From Propionibacteriaceae bacterium (GTDB taxonomy: Bacteria > Actinomycetota > Actinomycetes > Propionibacteriales > Propionibacteriaceae), in assembly GCA_030537675.1 (NCBI GenBank), contig JAUNVL010000001.1, positions 7,656 through 71,655 on the forward strand: a DNA stretch of 64,000 bases. Direction: 5' to 3'. The position numbers were made by a program, and so were the translations under genes. Shown one piece after another: positions 52,462 to 61,658 of this stretch; positions within the stretch are counted from its first letter, which is position 1, and the number at the start of each line of letters is the position of its first letter. The notes beneath the pieces were generated by a model that was given only the letters and a program-made list of their open reading frames with translations, was not told the DNA's origin and ran no database searches.

Positions 52462-54077
52462 GCGAGCACCCCCAACTCGACGACACGGTCGGCCGCAGCC
52501 ATCACGGCGGGCCGGTGGGTCACGATGACGGCGCCCACACCGGAAGCACGCACGGCATCAACGGCGGCCGCCTCGGTGCTGGAGTCGAGACCCGCAGTGG
52601 GCTCGTCCAGCACGAGGAGTCGTGCGCCACCGAGGCGGATCCGGAGCAGGGCGCGGGCCAGTGCCACGCGGCGGCGTTCCCCTGCAGACAGCCCTTCGCC
52701 GTCATCCCCCACACTTTTGGTGCCGTCGAAGTCGGCGCCCGCATCGTGCAGCGCGGCCTCGACGTCAGCCGGGGTGGCATCGGGGTGCCCGAGCAGGACG
52801 TTGAGGGCGACGGTGCCGTTCAACATGCCGGGCTCCTGACCCACCCACGCCAACTCGTTGCGCCACGCGCGCTCATCGAGATCCTTGAGGTCCTGCCCAT
52901 CCACAGTGACGCGGCCGCCGTCGGGGTGCAGGAATCCCATGAGCATTGCGAGAGCGGTCGACTTGCCGCCCCCGGAGGTGCCGCGGATCGCCAGCACCTC
53001 GCCGGGTTCGATGGCGAGGTCGAAGTGCTCCAGCGCGGGGGAGTCGCTGCCCGGATAGGTGTAGGCGACGTCCTCGAAGCGGATGCGCAGATCGGCTGGC
53101 ACGGGGGCGGTCCCGGTGGACACGGATCCCGAATCGATGAGGCGGAAGGCCGCGTCGGCCGCGGCCACGCCGTCGGCGGAGTCGTGGAAGTGGACGCCCA
53201 CCTGGCGCACCGGGAGGAACGCCTCGGGTGCCAGGACGAGGACGAACAGCGCCGCCTCGAAGCCGATGTCACCGTAGACCAGCCGGAAACCGACGGTCAC
53301 CGCCACCACTGCAACGGACAGGCTGGCCAGCAATTCCAGGGCCAGGGCGGAGAGGAACGACACGTACAGCACGCGCATGGTGGCGCCCCGGTACTGCTCC
53401 TCACCCAACTCGACGCCGCGACGCTGGGCCCGGGCTCGGGCGAACGCCTGCAGGGTGGGGAGTCCCTCGATGAGGTCTGCAAAGTGGTTGGCGAGCCGGT
53501 CGGCCACCGCGTAGCTCTTCGCCGTCGCGGCTTCCGTGGTCCAGCCGATCAGCGCCATGAACAAGGGGATCAGTGGCAGCGTGAAGGCCACGATGATGGC
53601 CGACTGCCAGTCGGTCAACAGGATCGCACCGCCCACGAGGAAGGGGACGGTGGCGGCCAGACCCAGCTGCGGCAGGTATTTGGAGAAGTAGCCGTCCAGA
53701 TCATCGAGCCCGGACGTCACCACCTTGACCATGGAGGCCGAGGAGGTGGCGGAGTCGCGCGGACGGGAGAGCCGCGCCGTGAGGATGTCTCGACGCAGCG
53801 TCGACTTCACGCTCGCAGCGGAGCGGTGGGCGATGGTCTCGTTCAGCCAGGACAGCAACGCTCTCGACGCGAACACGGCGGCGAGGCCACCCAGGAGCAC
53901 GCCCCAGTTACCCGGGAGCGAGCGCTCGGTGAAGACGTGGCTGATGCCGCGGGCGATGAGACCGGACTGCGCAATCAGCAGGACCGAGGTGACCAGCCCA
54001 ACGACGACGGAGGCGACCAGGTAAGTCCTGGTCGCCCCCGCACGTTTCAACAATCGTGGATCAATGGGACCTGCCAT
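52458..54077 (-). CDS. cydD: Thiol reductant ABC exporter subunit CydD
   Basis: Fused TMD-NBD architecture with Walker A GTSGGGKST, LSAGERRR and LVLDEPTAGLD. It lies immediately downstream of cydB. Confidence 0.85.
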   Translation of the reverse strand: MAGPIDPRLLKRAGATRTYLVASVVVGLVTSVLLIAQSGLIARGISHVFTERSLPGNWGVLLGGLAAVFASRALLSWLNETIAHRSAASVKSTLRRDILTARLSRPRDSATSSASMVKVVTSGLDDLDGYFSKYLPQLGLAATVPFLVGGAILLTDWQSAIIVAFTLPLIPLFMALIGWTTEAATAKSYAVADRLANHFADLIEGLPTLQAFARARAQRRGVELGEEQYRGATMRVLYVSFLSALALELLASLSVAVVAVTVGFRLVYGDIGFEAALFVLVLAPEAFLPVRQVGVHFHDSADGVAAADAAFRLIDSGSVSTGTAPVPADLRIRFEDVAYTYPGSDSPALEHFDLAIEPGEVLAIRGTSGGGKSTALAMLMGFLHPDGGRVTVDGQDLKDLDERAWRNELAWVGQEPGMLNGTVALNVLLGHPDATPADVEAALHDAGADFDGTKSVGDDGEGLSAGERRRVALARALLRIRLGGARLLVLDEPTAGLDSSTEAAAVDAVRASGVGAVIVTHRPAVMAAADRVVELGVLA

Positions 54078-54083
54078 AAGGGG

Positions 54084-55151
54084 TCAGGCCACCGCCTCGA
54101 CATCGTCGGGAATGTTCTTGGTACCGATCCGGCGGCGGAACACCCAGTAGGACCAGCTCTGGTAGGCGATCACGATGGGCACGAAGATGATCGCGGCCCA
54201 CGTCATGATCGTCAGCGTGGTGGGCGACGACGCTGCGGTGATGATGTTCAGGTGCTCGGTCACCGCGACGCCAGCGTCCTGCGCGAAGCCGAGGTTGCCA
54301 TACATCCTGAGGAAGATCCCACTGAACAGGGCGAGGATGGCGACGCCCCCGAGGATGAAGCCCCAGCCCTCGCGGTCACGGCCGGTCATGGTCACGGAAG
54401 CGGCCAGTGCGACGATTGCCAGAATCCCCGCCACCCACGCGGCGATGGTGAAATCGCCGAAGTTGGACGTGGCCGGCCAGAAGATGTTCTGGAGAACGAC
54501 GAACCCGGTGACGAGTGCGACGCTCACCCATCCGAAGGTACGGACCAGCTTGCGGGCATTGTCATGAATCAGGCCGTGGGTCTTCAGGGTGATGAAGGTG
54601 GCGCCGTGGGTGAGGAACAGGGCCAGCAGCATCACACCGCCCAGCAGGGCGAATGGGCCGAACAGTCCGAAGAAGGTGCCGTTGAACAGCAGGCCGTCAT
54701 TCGGCAGGCCGATGACGAAGTTGGCGAAGCCGACTCCCAGCACCAGCGTGGGAAGGAAGGAGCCGATGATGATGAACCAGTCCATCATCGCGCGCCACTT
54801 GGCCTCGGGACGCTTGGCGCGGTACTCAAAGGCGACACCACGAAGGATGAGGCCCACGAGCATCAGCAGCAGCGGCAGATAGAGGGCCGAGAACAGCGAG
54901 GCGTACCATCCCGGGAACGCGGCGAACATGGCCCCGCCCGCAGTCAGGAGCCACACTTCGTTGCCGTCCCAGACGGGACCGATGGTGTTGATCAGTACGC
55001 GGCGCTTCTTGTCGTTGTTCCCACCGAGGATGGGCAGCAGCATGCCGACGCCGAAGTCGAAGCCTTCAAGGAAGAAGAACCCCAACCACAGGACGACGAT
55101 CAGCATGTACCAGACGATGGCGAGTGTTGGCACGGTTTCGAGCAGCATCAT
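54084..55151 (-). CDS. cydB: Cytochrome bd ubiquinol/menaquinol oxidase subunit II
   Basis: 355 aa and polytopic, with typical CydB segments WLGFFFLEGFDFGVGML and GPVWDGNEVWL. Confidence 0.9.
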   Translation of the reverse strand: MMLLETVPTLAIVWYMLIVVLWLGFFFLEGFDFGVGMLLPILGGNNDKKRRVLINTIGPVWDGNEVWLLTAGGAMFAAFPGWYASLFSALYLPLLLMLVGLILRGVAFEYRAKRPEAKWRAMMDWFIIIGSFLPTLVLGVGFANFVIGLPNDGLLFNGTFFGLFGPFALLGGVMLLALFLTHGATFITLKTHGLIHDNARKLVRTFGWVSVALVTGFVVLQNIFWPATSNFGDFTIAAWVAGILAIVALAASVTMTGRDREGWGFILGGVAILALFSGIFLRMYGNLGFAQDAGVAVTEHLNIITAASSPTTLTIMTWAAIIFVPIVIAYQSWSYWVFRRRIGTKNIPDDVEAVA

Positions 55152-55170
55152 GAAAAGTTCCTTCTCACTC

Positions 55171-56676
55171 TCAGTACGCGAAGGACAGGGGAGCGTCCGC
55201 GTCCGTGTCGTCGTCGATGGAGACCTCGTGGACGTCGGGGAGCCCCTTCTTCACGTAGTAGAGGAAGAGGCCAACCTCGATCACCGCCAGCACGCCGTAG
55301 AGCAGCGTGTAGACGATCATGGAAATCAGCACGGACATGGCGCTGACGCTGGCCGAGACTCCGGCAGCCGTCGGCATCACGCCTGCGACGAGCCAGGGTT
55401 GGCGGCCCATCTCGGTGAAGATCCAGCCGAAGGAGATGGCGAACAGCGGAAGCAGTGGCAGGGCAAACATGGCGGGCGTCCAGATCAGGTCCCAGACCTT
55501 GCCCTCGGGCGGCAACTTCTCCTTGCGGAGCAGCCACAGCAACGCCGCCCCCAGCAGGGTGCCAGCCATGCCGAGGCCGATCATCAGCCGGAAGGTCCAG
55601 AAGGACATGAAGACGTTGGGTGCCGGGTCCACGCCGGGGTAGTTCGTGGCCAGTTGTTCGGCGAACTCCTGCTGGATACGGGTCTGCGAGCCGTCGTTCT
55701 GCAGGAAGCCCTCCTCGGCGAACTGCTCGCGAAGGTTGTCGACGCCCTGAACGGTTTCCTCACCCGAGATCAAGGTGAGGAGCCCCGGCACCTTGATGGA
55801 GAAGATCTCCTTGGTTGCGTGCAGGTCACCGATGACCAGGAGCCGCATGGCTGCGTTGGTCTCGGTCTTGAACAAGCCCTCGGCCGCAGCCATCTTCATG
55901 GGCTGGACCTGCGTCATGATCCTGCCCTGCAGGTCGCCGGAGACGATGGTCAACACGGAGGCGACGATGAGCACCCAGGCGCCCATCTTCACGGCGAAGC
56001 GGTGGGCAGCCACAGCCTCGGGGTCGCGGAGATCGCCCTCGCGGCGCAGCTTCATGAGCCACCAGCCGGACACGCCCGCCATGAGTCCGCCAGCCGTCAT
56101 GAACGCGGCGGTGATGACGTGGGGGAACGTGACGAGGAAGACGGGGTTCAGGAGAACGTCAATGAATCCCTGTATGCCGTCCAGTTCGGCGCGTCCGTTG
56201 CGGAACGTGGTGCCCACGGGGTTCTGCATCCACGAGTTCGCGGCCAGGATGAACACTGACGACAGGAGGGTGCCGAACGCCACCATCCAGATGGTCAGCA
56301 GGTGAATCTTCTTGGGCAGCCTGTGCCAACCGAAGATCCACAGTCCGAGGAACGTGGATTCAAGGAAGAAGGCCAGCAGGGCCTCGAGCGCCAGCGGGGC
56401 GCCGAAGACGTCCCCCACGAAGCGCGAGTACTCGGACCAGTTCATGCCGAACTGGAACTCCTGCACGATGCCTGTGACAACGCCCAGGGCGAAGTTGATC
56501 AGGAGCAGCTTGCCGAAGAACTTGGTGAGCTGCAGGTACTTCGCGTGACCGGTTTTGTACCAGATGGTCTGAAGTACGGCCACCATCATCGCCAGGGCGA
56601 TGGTGATGGGCACGAAGAGAAAGTGGTAGACGGTGGTGATACCGAACTGCCACCGACCGAGGGTTACGGAGTCCAT
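55171..56676 (-). CDS. cydA: Cytochrome bd ubiquinol/menaquinol oxidase subunit I
   Basis: N-terminus LGRWQFGITTVYHFLFVPITI. The Q-loop region and GWIFTEMGRQPW motif are present. 501 aa. Confidence 0.9.
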   Translation of the reverse strand: MDSVTLGRWQFGITTVYHFLFVPITIALAMMVAVLQTIWYKTGHAKYLQLTKFFGKLLLINFALGVVTGIVQEFQFGMNWSEYSRFVGDVFGAPLALEALLAFFLESTFLGLWIFGWHRLPKKIHLLTIWMVAFGTLLSSVFILAANSWMQNPVGTTFRNGRAELDGIQGFIDVLLNPVFLVTFPHVITAAFMTAGGLMAGVSGWWLMKLRREGDLRDPEAVAAHRFAVKMGAWVLIVASVLTIVSGDLQGRIMTQVQPMKMAAAEGLFKTETNAAMRLLVIGDLHATKEIFSIKVPGLLTLISGEETVQGVDNLREQFAEEGFLQNDGSQTRIQQEFAEQLATNYPGVDPAPNVFMSFWTFRLMIGLGMAGTLLGAALLWLLRKEKLPPEGKVWDLIWTPAMFALPLLPLFAISFGWIFTEMGRQPWLVAGVMPTAAGVSASVSAMSVLISMIVYTLLYGVLAVIEVGLFLYYVKKGLPDVHEVSIDDDTDADAPLSFAY

Positions 56677-56766
56677 GGAGAGATTCTACTACCGGGCGTC
56701 GTTGATTCCAACTTGGAAACACCCTGTCGCAGCCCGTGCGGGAACGCACGTCATATGATGTCGCAC

Positions 56767-57123
56767 ATGGCAACCCGTGGACCTCTGGAGCAGACAGTGA
56801 TGGAACTGCTGTGGGCGACGCCGGATGCCCGCAGCGTGGCTGATGTGCTCGAGGAACTCAACAAGGAGCGGGACCTTGCCTACACCACGGTCATGACCGT
56901 CCTTGATCGACTCGCCAAGAAGGGCATGGTGACGCGCGAGCGGGTGGAGCGTGCCTGGCGCTATCTGCCCGCGGAGTCGCAGGACGTCGTCGTGGCCCGC
57001 GACCTCGTGGAAACGCTCGAGGGCGTGCCTGAGACCGTTCGGCGTCACGCCCTCCGACGGTTCTGTGACTCACTGCCAGAGGCCGAGCGACTGGCTCTTC
57101 TGAAGGCTGATTCCGCCACCTGA
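56767..57123 (+). CDS. BlaI/MecI/CopY-family winged-helix transcriptional repressor (orphan, no BlaR1-type sensor adjacent)
   Basis: In-frame 3-prime part of ORF 56302..57123. Motif block GPLEQTVMELLW...AYTTVMTVLDRLAKKGMVTRERVERAWRY. Start candidates are ATG 56755, 56758 and 56767. Confidence 0.8.
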   Translation: MATRGPLEQTVMELLWATPDARSVADVLEELNKERDLAYTTVMTVLDRLAKKGMVTRERVERAWRYLPAESQDVVVARDLVETLEGVPETVRRHALRRFCDSLPEAERLALLKADSAT

Positions 57124-57231
57124 GCGGACCTCGGCCATGGGATTCCGCGGTTTCTGATCCTCAACTCACCCCGGTAGGCGCTGTGACGGCCCGGAGAACC
57201 AGGTTGACAACGAAAAATCGCGTCGCGGGTG

Positions 57232-58320
57232 TCAGCCGGTGTAGTCGGGTCGCTCGGCGAGCAGTTCTTTCTTCTGTGTGATTGCCGCGTCGAGTTCAGC
57301 GGCCCAGGCTTCCCGGCTGTCGGTTGCCGTGCGCTGGGCCGTCTGGTCGTCAACGCCCGGAAAGGCCGCCACCTCCTGACGCACCTCAAAACTCTCGTTC
57401 ATGGCGGATTCCACGTTGTCCCGCGTCTCGGCCAACGACTGTGCCAGCGTCTGCGTCGACATCGACTCGGCCAGCTTCCGCCGCTCATCCGCGACGTCCC
57501 AGTCGGCCTTCGGGAACGTCAGCTGCATCTCACTGAGAGTCCGGGTGAGGATTTCGGTGATGGCGAGGCGTGAATACCACTTGTGGTCGGCCGGCAGCAC
57601 GTACCACGGGGCATGCTCCGTGCTCGTCCTCTCGAAGACCGCCTGGTACGCAGTCTGGAATTCCGGCCACTTGCTGCGGGTCTGCAGGTCACCGGTGGTG
57701 TACTTCCAGTGCTTGTCGGACCTGTCCAGCCTCTCCATGAGGCGCAGTCCCTGCTCGGCGTGCGAGACCATGAGGGCGAACTTGAGGACGATCGTCCCGC
57801 TGGCCACCAGGTCCGCCTCGAACTTGTTGATCTCCTCGTAGCGCTTCTGCCACTCCTCCTCGGGTACGAGTTCATTGACGCGCACCACCAGGACGTCCTC
57901 GTAGTGGGAGCGGTCGAACACGCCGATCCGGCCGGCCGGGGGTAGTGCCTTGCGGATCCGCCACAGGTAGTGGTGTTTCCGCTCCTCCGCGCTGGGTACG
58001 CCGAACGAATGCAGCGCGACCCCCTGTGGATCGACGTAACCCATCACGTGGCGGACGATGCCGCCCTTGCCGGCAGTGTCGAGGCCCTGGATCACGCACA
58101 GCACCGCACGTTTCCCACCCGTGCGCCCCTCGGCGAACAGCCGCTCCTGCAACTCCGGCAGCAACTCCGCCCGCGTGGCCATCAGGGACTTGGCGTCCTT
58201 CTTGCTGCCCTCCCAGCCCGGGGTGCCGTTGCGGTCCAGGGCGGCCAGCCTGAAACCCTCGCCGGCACGCAGTGCCTCACGGGGATCAACGGTCCACAGC
58301 TTCTTCGGATTCTTGCTCAC
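57232..58320 (-). CDS. ppk2: Polyphosphate kinase 2 family (polyphosphate:nucleotide phosphotransferase) with ~80-aa C-terminal extension
   Basis: Motifs VIQGLDTAGKGG (Walker A-like), YLWRIRKALPPAGRIGVFDRSHYEDV and WYVLPADHKW. GTG 58320 is preceded by GGAGAGGA. The track ORF extends to 58503. Confidence 0.85.
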   Translation of the reverse strand: MSKNPKKLWTVDPREALRAGEGFRLAALDRNGTPGWEGSKKDAKSLMATRAELLPELQERLFAEGRTGGKRAVLCVIQGLDTAGKGGIVRHVMGYVDPQGVALHSFGVPSAEERKHHYLWRIRKALPPAGRIGVFDRSHYEDVLVVRVNELVPEEEWQKRYEEINKFEADLVASGTIVLKFALMVSHAEQGLRLMERLDRSDKHWKYTTGDLQTRSKWPEFQTAYQAVFERTSTEHAPWYVLPADHKWYSRLAITEILTRTLSEMQLTFPKADWDVADERRKLAESMSTQTLAQSLAETRDNVESAMNESFEVRQEVAAFPGVDDQTAQRTATDSREAWAAELDAAITQKKELLAERPDYTG

Positions 58321-58592
58321 GAGTGGGTCCTCTCCAAGGGTTGACCCATTCTTCCAGCCGGGCAGTCCTCTCCATCGGCATTCTGCTGGATGACCACGCC
58401 GGGTGCCTGAACGAGGGCGCTCTCCCACAGGCGGGACACGGGCATGAAATGGCCACGTGAGACGAAGATGATATTTCGGCGCGTCGTGGTCCCGAGTCCG
58501 CATCGAAGGGCTACCCTATGGCCGACAGTCTTCCCCCTGTCGTCAGTTCAGGCCTGCACTCTCGTCGACGAGATGCCCGCCCCAGATCGTCA

Positions 58593-60323
58593 ATGACGAA
58601 GATCGGAGCTCCCGTGAGTTCACCCCTGCTCGCCCTCATCGGCATCGCCATGATGGTCATGGGCTACCTGTTCTACTCGAAATTTCTAGTCAAACACATT
58701 TTCAAGCTGGACAACAGCATCCCGACGCCCGCGCACACGCGCCAGGACGGCGTGGACTACGTCCCCACCAACATGTACGTCCTGTGGGGTCACCACTTCA
58801 CATCCGTGGCAGGCGCCGCACCCATCGTCGGGCCTGCGGTGGCTGTCATCTGGGGCTGGCTGCCCGCGTTCCTGTGGGTGACGATCGGCACGGTCTTTTT
58901 CGCGGGCATGCATGACATGGGCGCCTTGTGGGCATCCGTCCGCAACAAGGGCAACTCCATCGGCACCCTTTCGGGGCGCTACATCGGCAACCGCGGGCGC
59001 AACCTGTTCCTCGTCGTGATCTTCCTGCTGCTGCTCATGGTCAACGCCGCGTTCGCCGTCGTCATCTCCAAGCTGCTCGTCGGCACACCCACCGCAGTCA
59101 TCCCCACGTGGGGTGCAATCCTGGTGGCGCTCATCGTGGGTCAGGCGATCTACCGGTGGAAGCTCCCGCTGGTGTGGGTGTCGATCGTCGGTGTGGTGGC
59201 GCTGTACTCGCTGATCATTCTCGGCGACAACTTCCCCGTGGTGCTGCCCGAGACCGTGATGGGGCTCTCCGCTGCGTCGTTCTGGGTGCTCGTGCTCTTC
59301 CTCTACGCCGGTGTCGCGTCGGTGCTGCCGGTGTGGATGCTGCTCCAGCCCCGCGACTACATCAACGGCCTCCAGCTCTTCGTGGGCCTGGCCATTCTCT
59401 ACATCTCCGTCCTCATCGCCTCGCCCACCATCGTGGCCCCCGCCATCAACACGGCGGTGCCGGAGGGGACTCCCAGCCTGGTGCCGCTGCTGTTCGTCAC
59501 GATCGCCTGTGGCGCCATCTCCGGATTCCATGGAGTGGTGGCATCGGGGACCAGCGCCAAGCAGTTGGACAAGGAATCCGACGCACGTTTCGTCGGCTAC
59601 TTCGGTTCCGTTGGCGAAGGCCTGTTGGCGCTGGGAGCGATCATCGCTGCCACTGCCGGGTTCAAGACACTGGCCGACTGGGAAGCCGTCTACTCCGCGT
59701 TCAACCAAGGTGGCGTCGCAGCCTTCGTGCAGGGTGGCGGTTCCATCCTCAACGCTGGTCTGGGCCTCCCGGTGTCACTGAGCGCCACCATCCTGGCGAC
59801 GATGGCGGTGCTGTTCGCAGCCACCACCATGGACACCGGCATCCGTCTCCAGCGGTTCGTTGTCCAGGAAGCCGCCGAGATCATGGGGGTCAAGGTGGGC
59901 AAGTTCGTGGCCACCATCGTCGTGCTCGTGGTGGGCATGGGGCTCGCCTTCGGCGCGGGTGCCGACGGTGCGGGCGGCATGGTCATCTGGCCGTTGTTCG
60001 GCACCACCAACCAGTTGCTGGCAGGCCTGACGCTGTCCATCATCGCGGTGATCCTGCTGCGCAAGCGCCGCAACGTCCTGCCGATCCTCATCCCGCTGGT
60101 GTTCGTGATGGTGATGTCCGTCTACGCGGCGGTCGTCCAGCTGGGGACCTTCTACTCCACCCAGAACTGGCTGCTCCTCGGCCTGGACGCCATCATCCTG
60201 GTGGCTGCGCTCTGGGTGATCGTGGAATCGGTGATCGCCATGAACAAGGCGCGCACCGGTCCTGAGGAACTCGACGATGAGGACCGTGTCACTGCTCGCG
60301 AGGACGAACCCGCCCCGCGATGA
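58593..60323 (+). CDS. cstA: Carbon starvation protein A family peptide/pyruvate transporter
   Basis: Motifs LWGHHFTSVAGAAPIVGPAVAV, ISGFHGVVASGTSAKQL and PLFGTTNQLLA. ATG 58593 is chosen within ORF 58518..60323. Confidence 0.9.
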   Translation: MTKIGAPVSSPLLALIGIAMMVMGYLFYSKFLVKHIFKLDNSIPTPAHTRQDGVDYVPTNMYVLWGHHFTSVAGAAPIVGPAVAVIWGWLPAFLWVTIGTVFFAGMHDMGALWASVRNKGNSIGTLSGRYIGNRGRNLFLVVIFLLLLMVNAAFAVVISKLLVGTPTAVIPTWGAILVALIVGQAIYRWKLPLVWVSIVGVVALYSLIILGDNFPVVLPETVMGLSAASFWVLVLFLYAGVASVLPVWMLLQPRDYINGLQLFVGLAILYISVLIASPTIVAPAINTAVPEGTPSLVPLLFVTIACGAISGFHGVVASGTSAKQLDKESDARFVGYFGSVGEGLLALGAIIAATAGFKTLADWEAVYSAFNQGGVAAFVQGGGSILNAGLGLPVSLSATILATMAVLFAATTMDTGIRLQRFVVQEAAEIMGVKVGKFVATIVVLVVGMGLAFGAGADGAGGMVIWPLFGTTNQLLAGLTLSIIAVILLRKRRNVLPILIPLVFVMVMSVYAAVVQLGTFYSTQNWLLLGLDAIILVAALWVIVESVIAMNKARTGPEELDDEDRVTAREDEPAPR

Positions 60324-60589
60324 CTGATCGTCCAGAAACCGCGTGGGCCCGCTTCTCGGCGGGCCTGCGCGATTTCTACGCCGCGCCCTATCGCCGGGCG
60401 TTCGCCCGCGCGCAGCGCGACGAGGACGACCTGTTCATGATGATCGTGCTGGCCGAGTCGTTGGGCGTGCCCAACCCTGTCAGCTACTACACGGTGGAGC
60501 TGCTTCCTGTGATGTACGACCGGTTCCACGAATGGCACACGAGGATGGGCATGGAACACTCACCGCTGGACTACCTGTCATGCTGCTAG
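60320..60589 (+). CDS. Small (89 aa) protein ending in Cys-Cys-stop, coupled to cstA and to an ArsA-like ATPase
   Basis: ATG 60320 overlaps the cstA stop (ATGA). The C-terminus is ...PLDYLSCC followed by TAG at 60587-60589. I recall an NCBI family label for small actinobacterial CC-stop proteins (cory-CC-star) but cannot verify membership here. Confidence 0.7.
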   Translation: MTDRPETAWARFSAGLRDFYAAPYRRAFARAQRDEDDLFMMIVLAESLGVPNPVSYYTVELLPVMYDRFHEWHTRMGMEHSPLDYLSCC

Positions 60590-61584
60590 AGCTCGCCGCG
60601 TCGAGGCAGGTGTTGTTCGTGGGCGGCAAGGGCGGGGTGGGCAAGACATCTGTTGCCTCCGCCCTGGCGTTGCACCAGGCGCGTGCCGGGCGCCGCGTGC
60701 TGGTGGTCTCCACCGACCCGGCACACAACCTCGGTCATCTGTGGAACAGACGCGTCGGGGACAAGGTGGTGTCGCTGGCCCCCGGGGTCTCGGGGATGGA
60801 AATCGATCCGGCACGCACCACCGACGAGCACCTGGCCGCCGTCGGACACACGATGCGGCGCCTGATGCCGGAGCACCTCTCAGGCGAGGTCAGCAAACAC
60901 CTGGAGTTGGCCCGTGATGCTCCGGGCACCCACGAGGCGGCCATCCTCGAGCGGATCGCCGATGTGTTGGAGACTGCTCTGCAGGACCATGACCTGGTGG
61001 TGTTCGACACCGCACCCTCGGGACACACGGCACGGCTGATGTCACTGCCGGAGACGATGTCCGCCTGGACCGAGGGCCTGCTCCGCCGCCAGGATCGCTC
61101 GGAGCGCTTCGGGGCTGCTCTCCGCGGGTTGGACGATGGGCCCGAACACGGGATCGTCGGTGGTTCGGGGCGCCGTGGCGACTCAAGGGCCGAGCGTGAC
61201 CATGAGATCCGCCGCGTTTTGTTGCGTCGCCGCGCCCGGTTCGAGCGACTCCGCGATGTGATCTCCGATGAGGAGCGGACGGCCTTCGTGATCGTGCTCG
61301 CCGCCGAGAGGCTGCCGGTGCTGGAGACGATCGAACTGCACGGGCAACTGTCCCGGGCAGGCGTGCGGGTGGGCGGGCTCGTGGTGAACAAGCGCTCGCC
61401 CGAGGACTCGGGGGACTTCCTGGCCGAGCGGCGCAGGCAGGAGGACGTCCACCTCGCGACGATCCACAAGGCTCTGCCCAACGTGCCACTCATCGAACTG
61501 CCGCTGCTCTCCGGCGACATCGTTGGAGAAGACGCTCTGGAGAAGTTCGGGGCTCGCATCGAGCGTGCGGACGCCACGGCCTGA
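60580..61584 (+). CDS. ArsA/Get3-family P-loop ATPase (single-domain)
   Basis: In-frame part of ORF 60343..61584. ATG 60580 gives [24 protein letters not shown] (deviant Walker A). [10 protein letters not shown] and the DTAPSGHT signature are present. Confidence 0.85.
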   Translation: MLLELAASRQVLFVGGKGGVGKTSVASALALHQARAGRRVLVVSTDPAHNLGHLWNRRVGDKVVSLAPGVSGMEIDPARTTDEHLAAVGHTMRRLMPEHLSGEVSKHLELARDAPGTHEAAILERIADVLETALQDHDLVVFDTAPSGHTARLMSLPETMSAWTEGLLRRQDRSERFGAALRGLDDGPEHGIVGGSGRRGDSRAERDHEIRRVLLRRRARFERLRDVISDEERTAFVIVLAAERLPVLETIELHGQLSRAGVRVGGLVVNKRSPEDSGDFLAERRRQEDVHLATIHKALPNVPLIELPLLSGDIVGEDALEKFGARIERADATA

Positions 61585-61590
61585 CGTCGG

Positions 61591-61621
61591 GGCGGGCAGG
61601 CGTTGACGGAAGAAGCCCGCC
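61591..61621. terminator. Hairpin between convergent ArsA-like and MFS genes
   Basis: GGCGGGC (61591-61597) pairs with GCCCGCC (61615-61621). The 17-nt loop makes this a weak call. Confidence 0.35.
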
Positions 61622-61658
61622 AGTCATTGCTTTTCAGTGGGGACCGCGAGGAGCCAAC

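Noticed and set aside
60581-60589. Possibility that the CC-TAG end reflects stop-codon read-through or recoding (for example Sec/Pyl).
   Set aside because: The stop is TAG and there is no downstream in-frame coding signal. The next gene is in another frame with its own canonical N-terminus. No SECIS- or PYLIS-like structure is evident.
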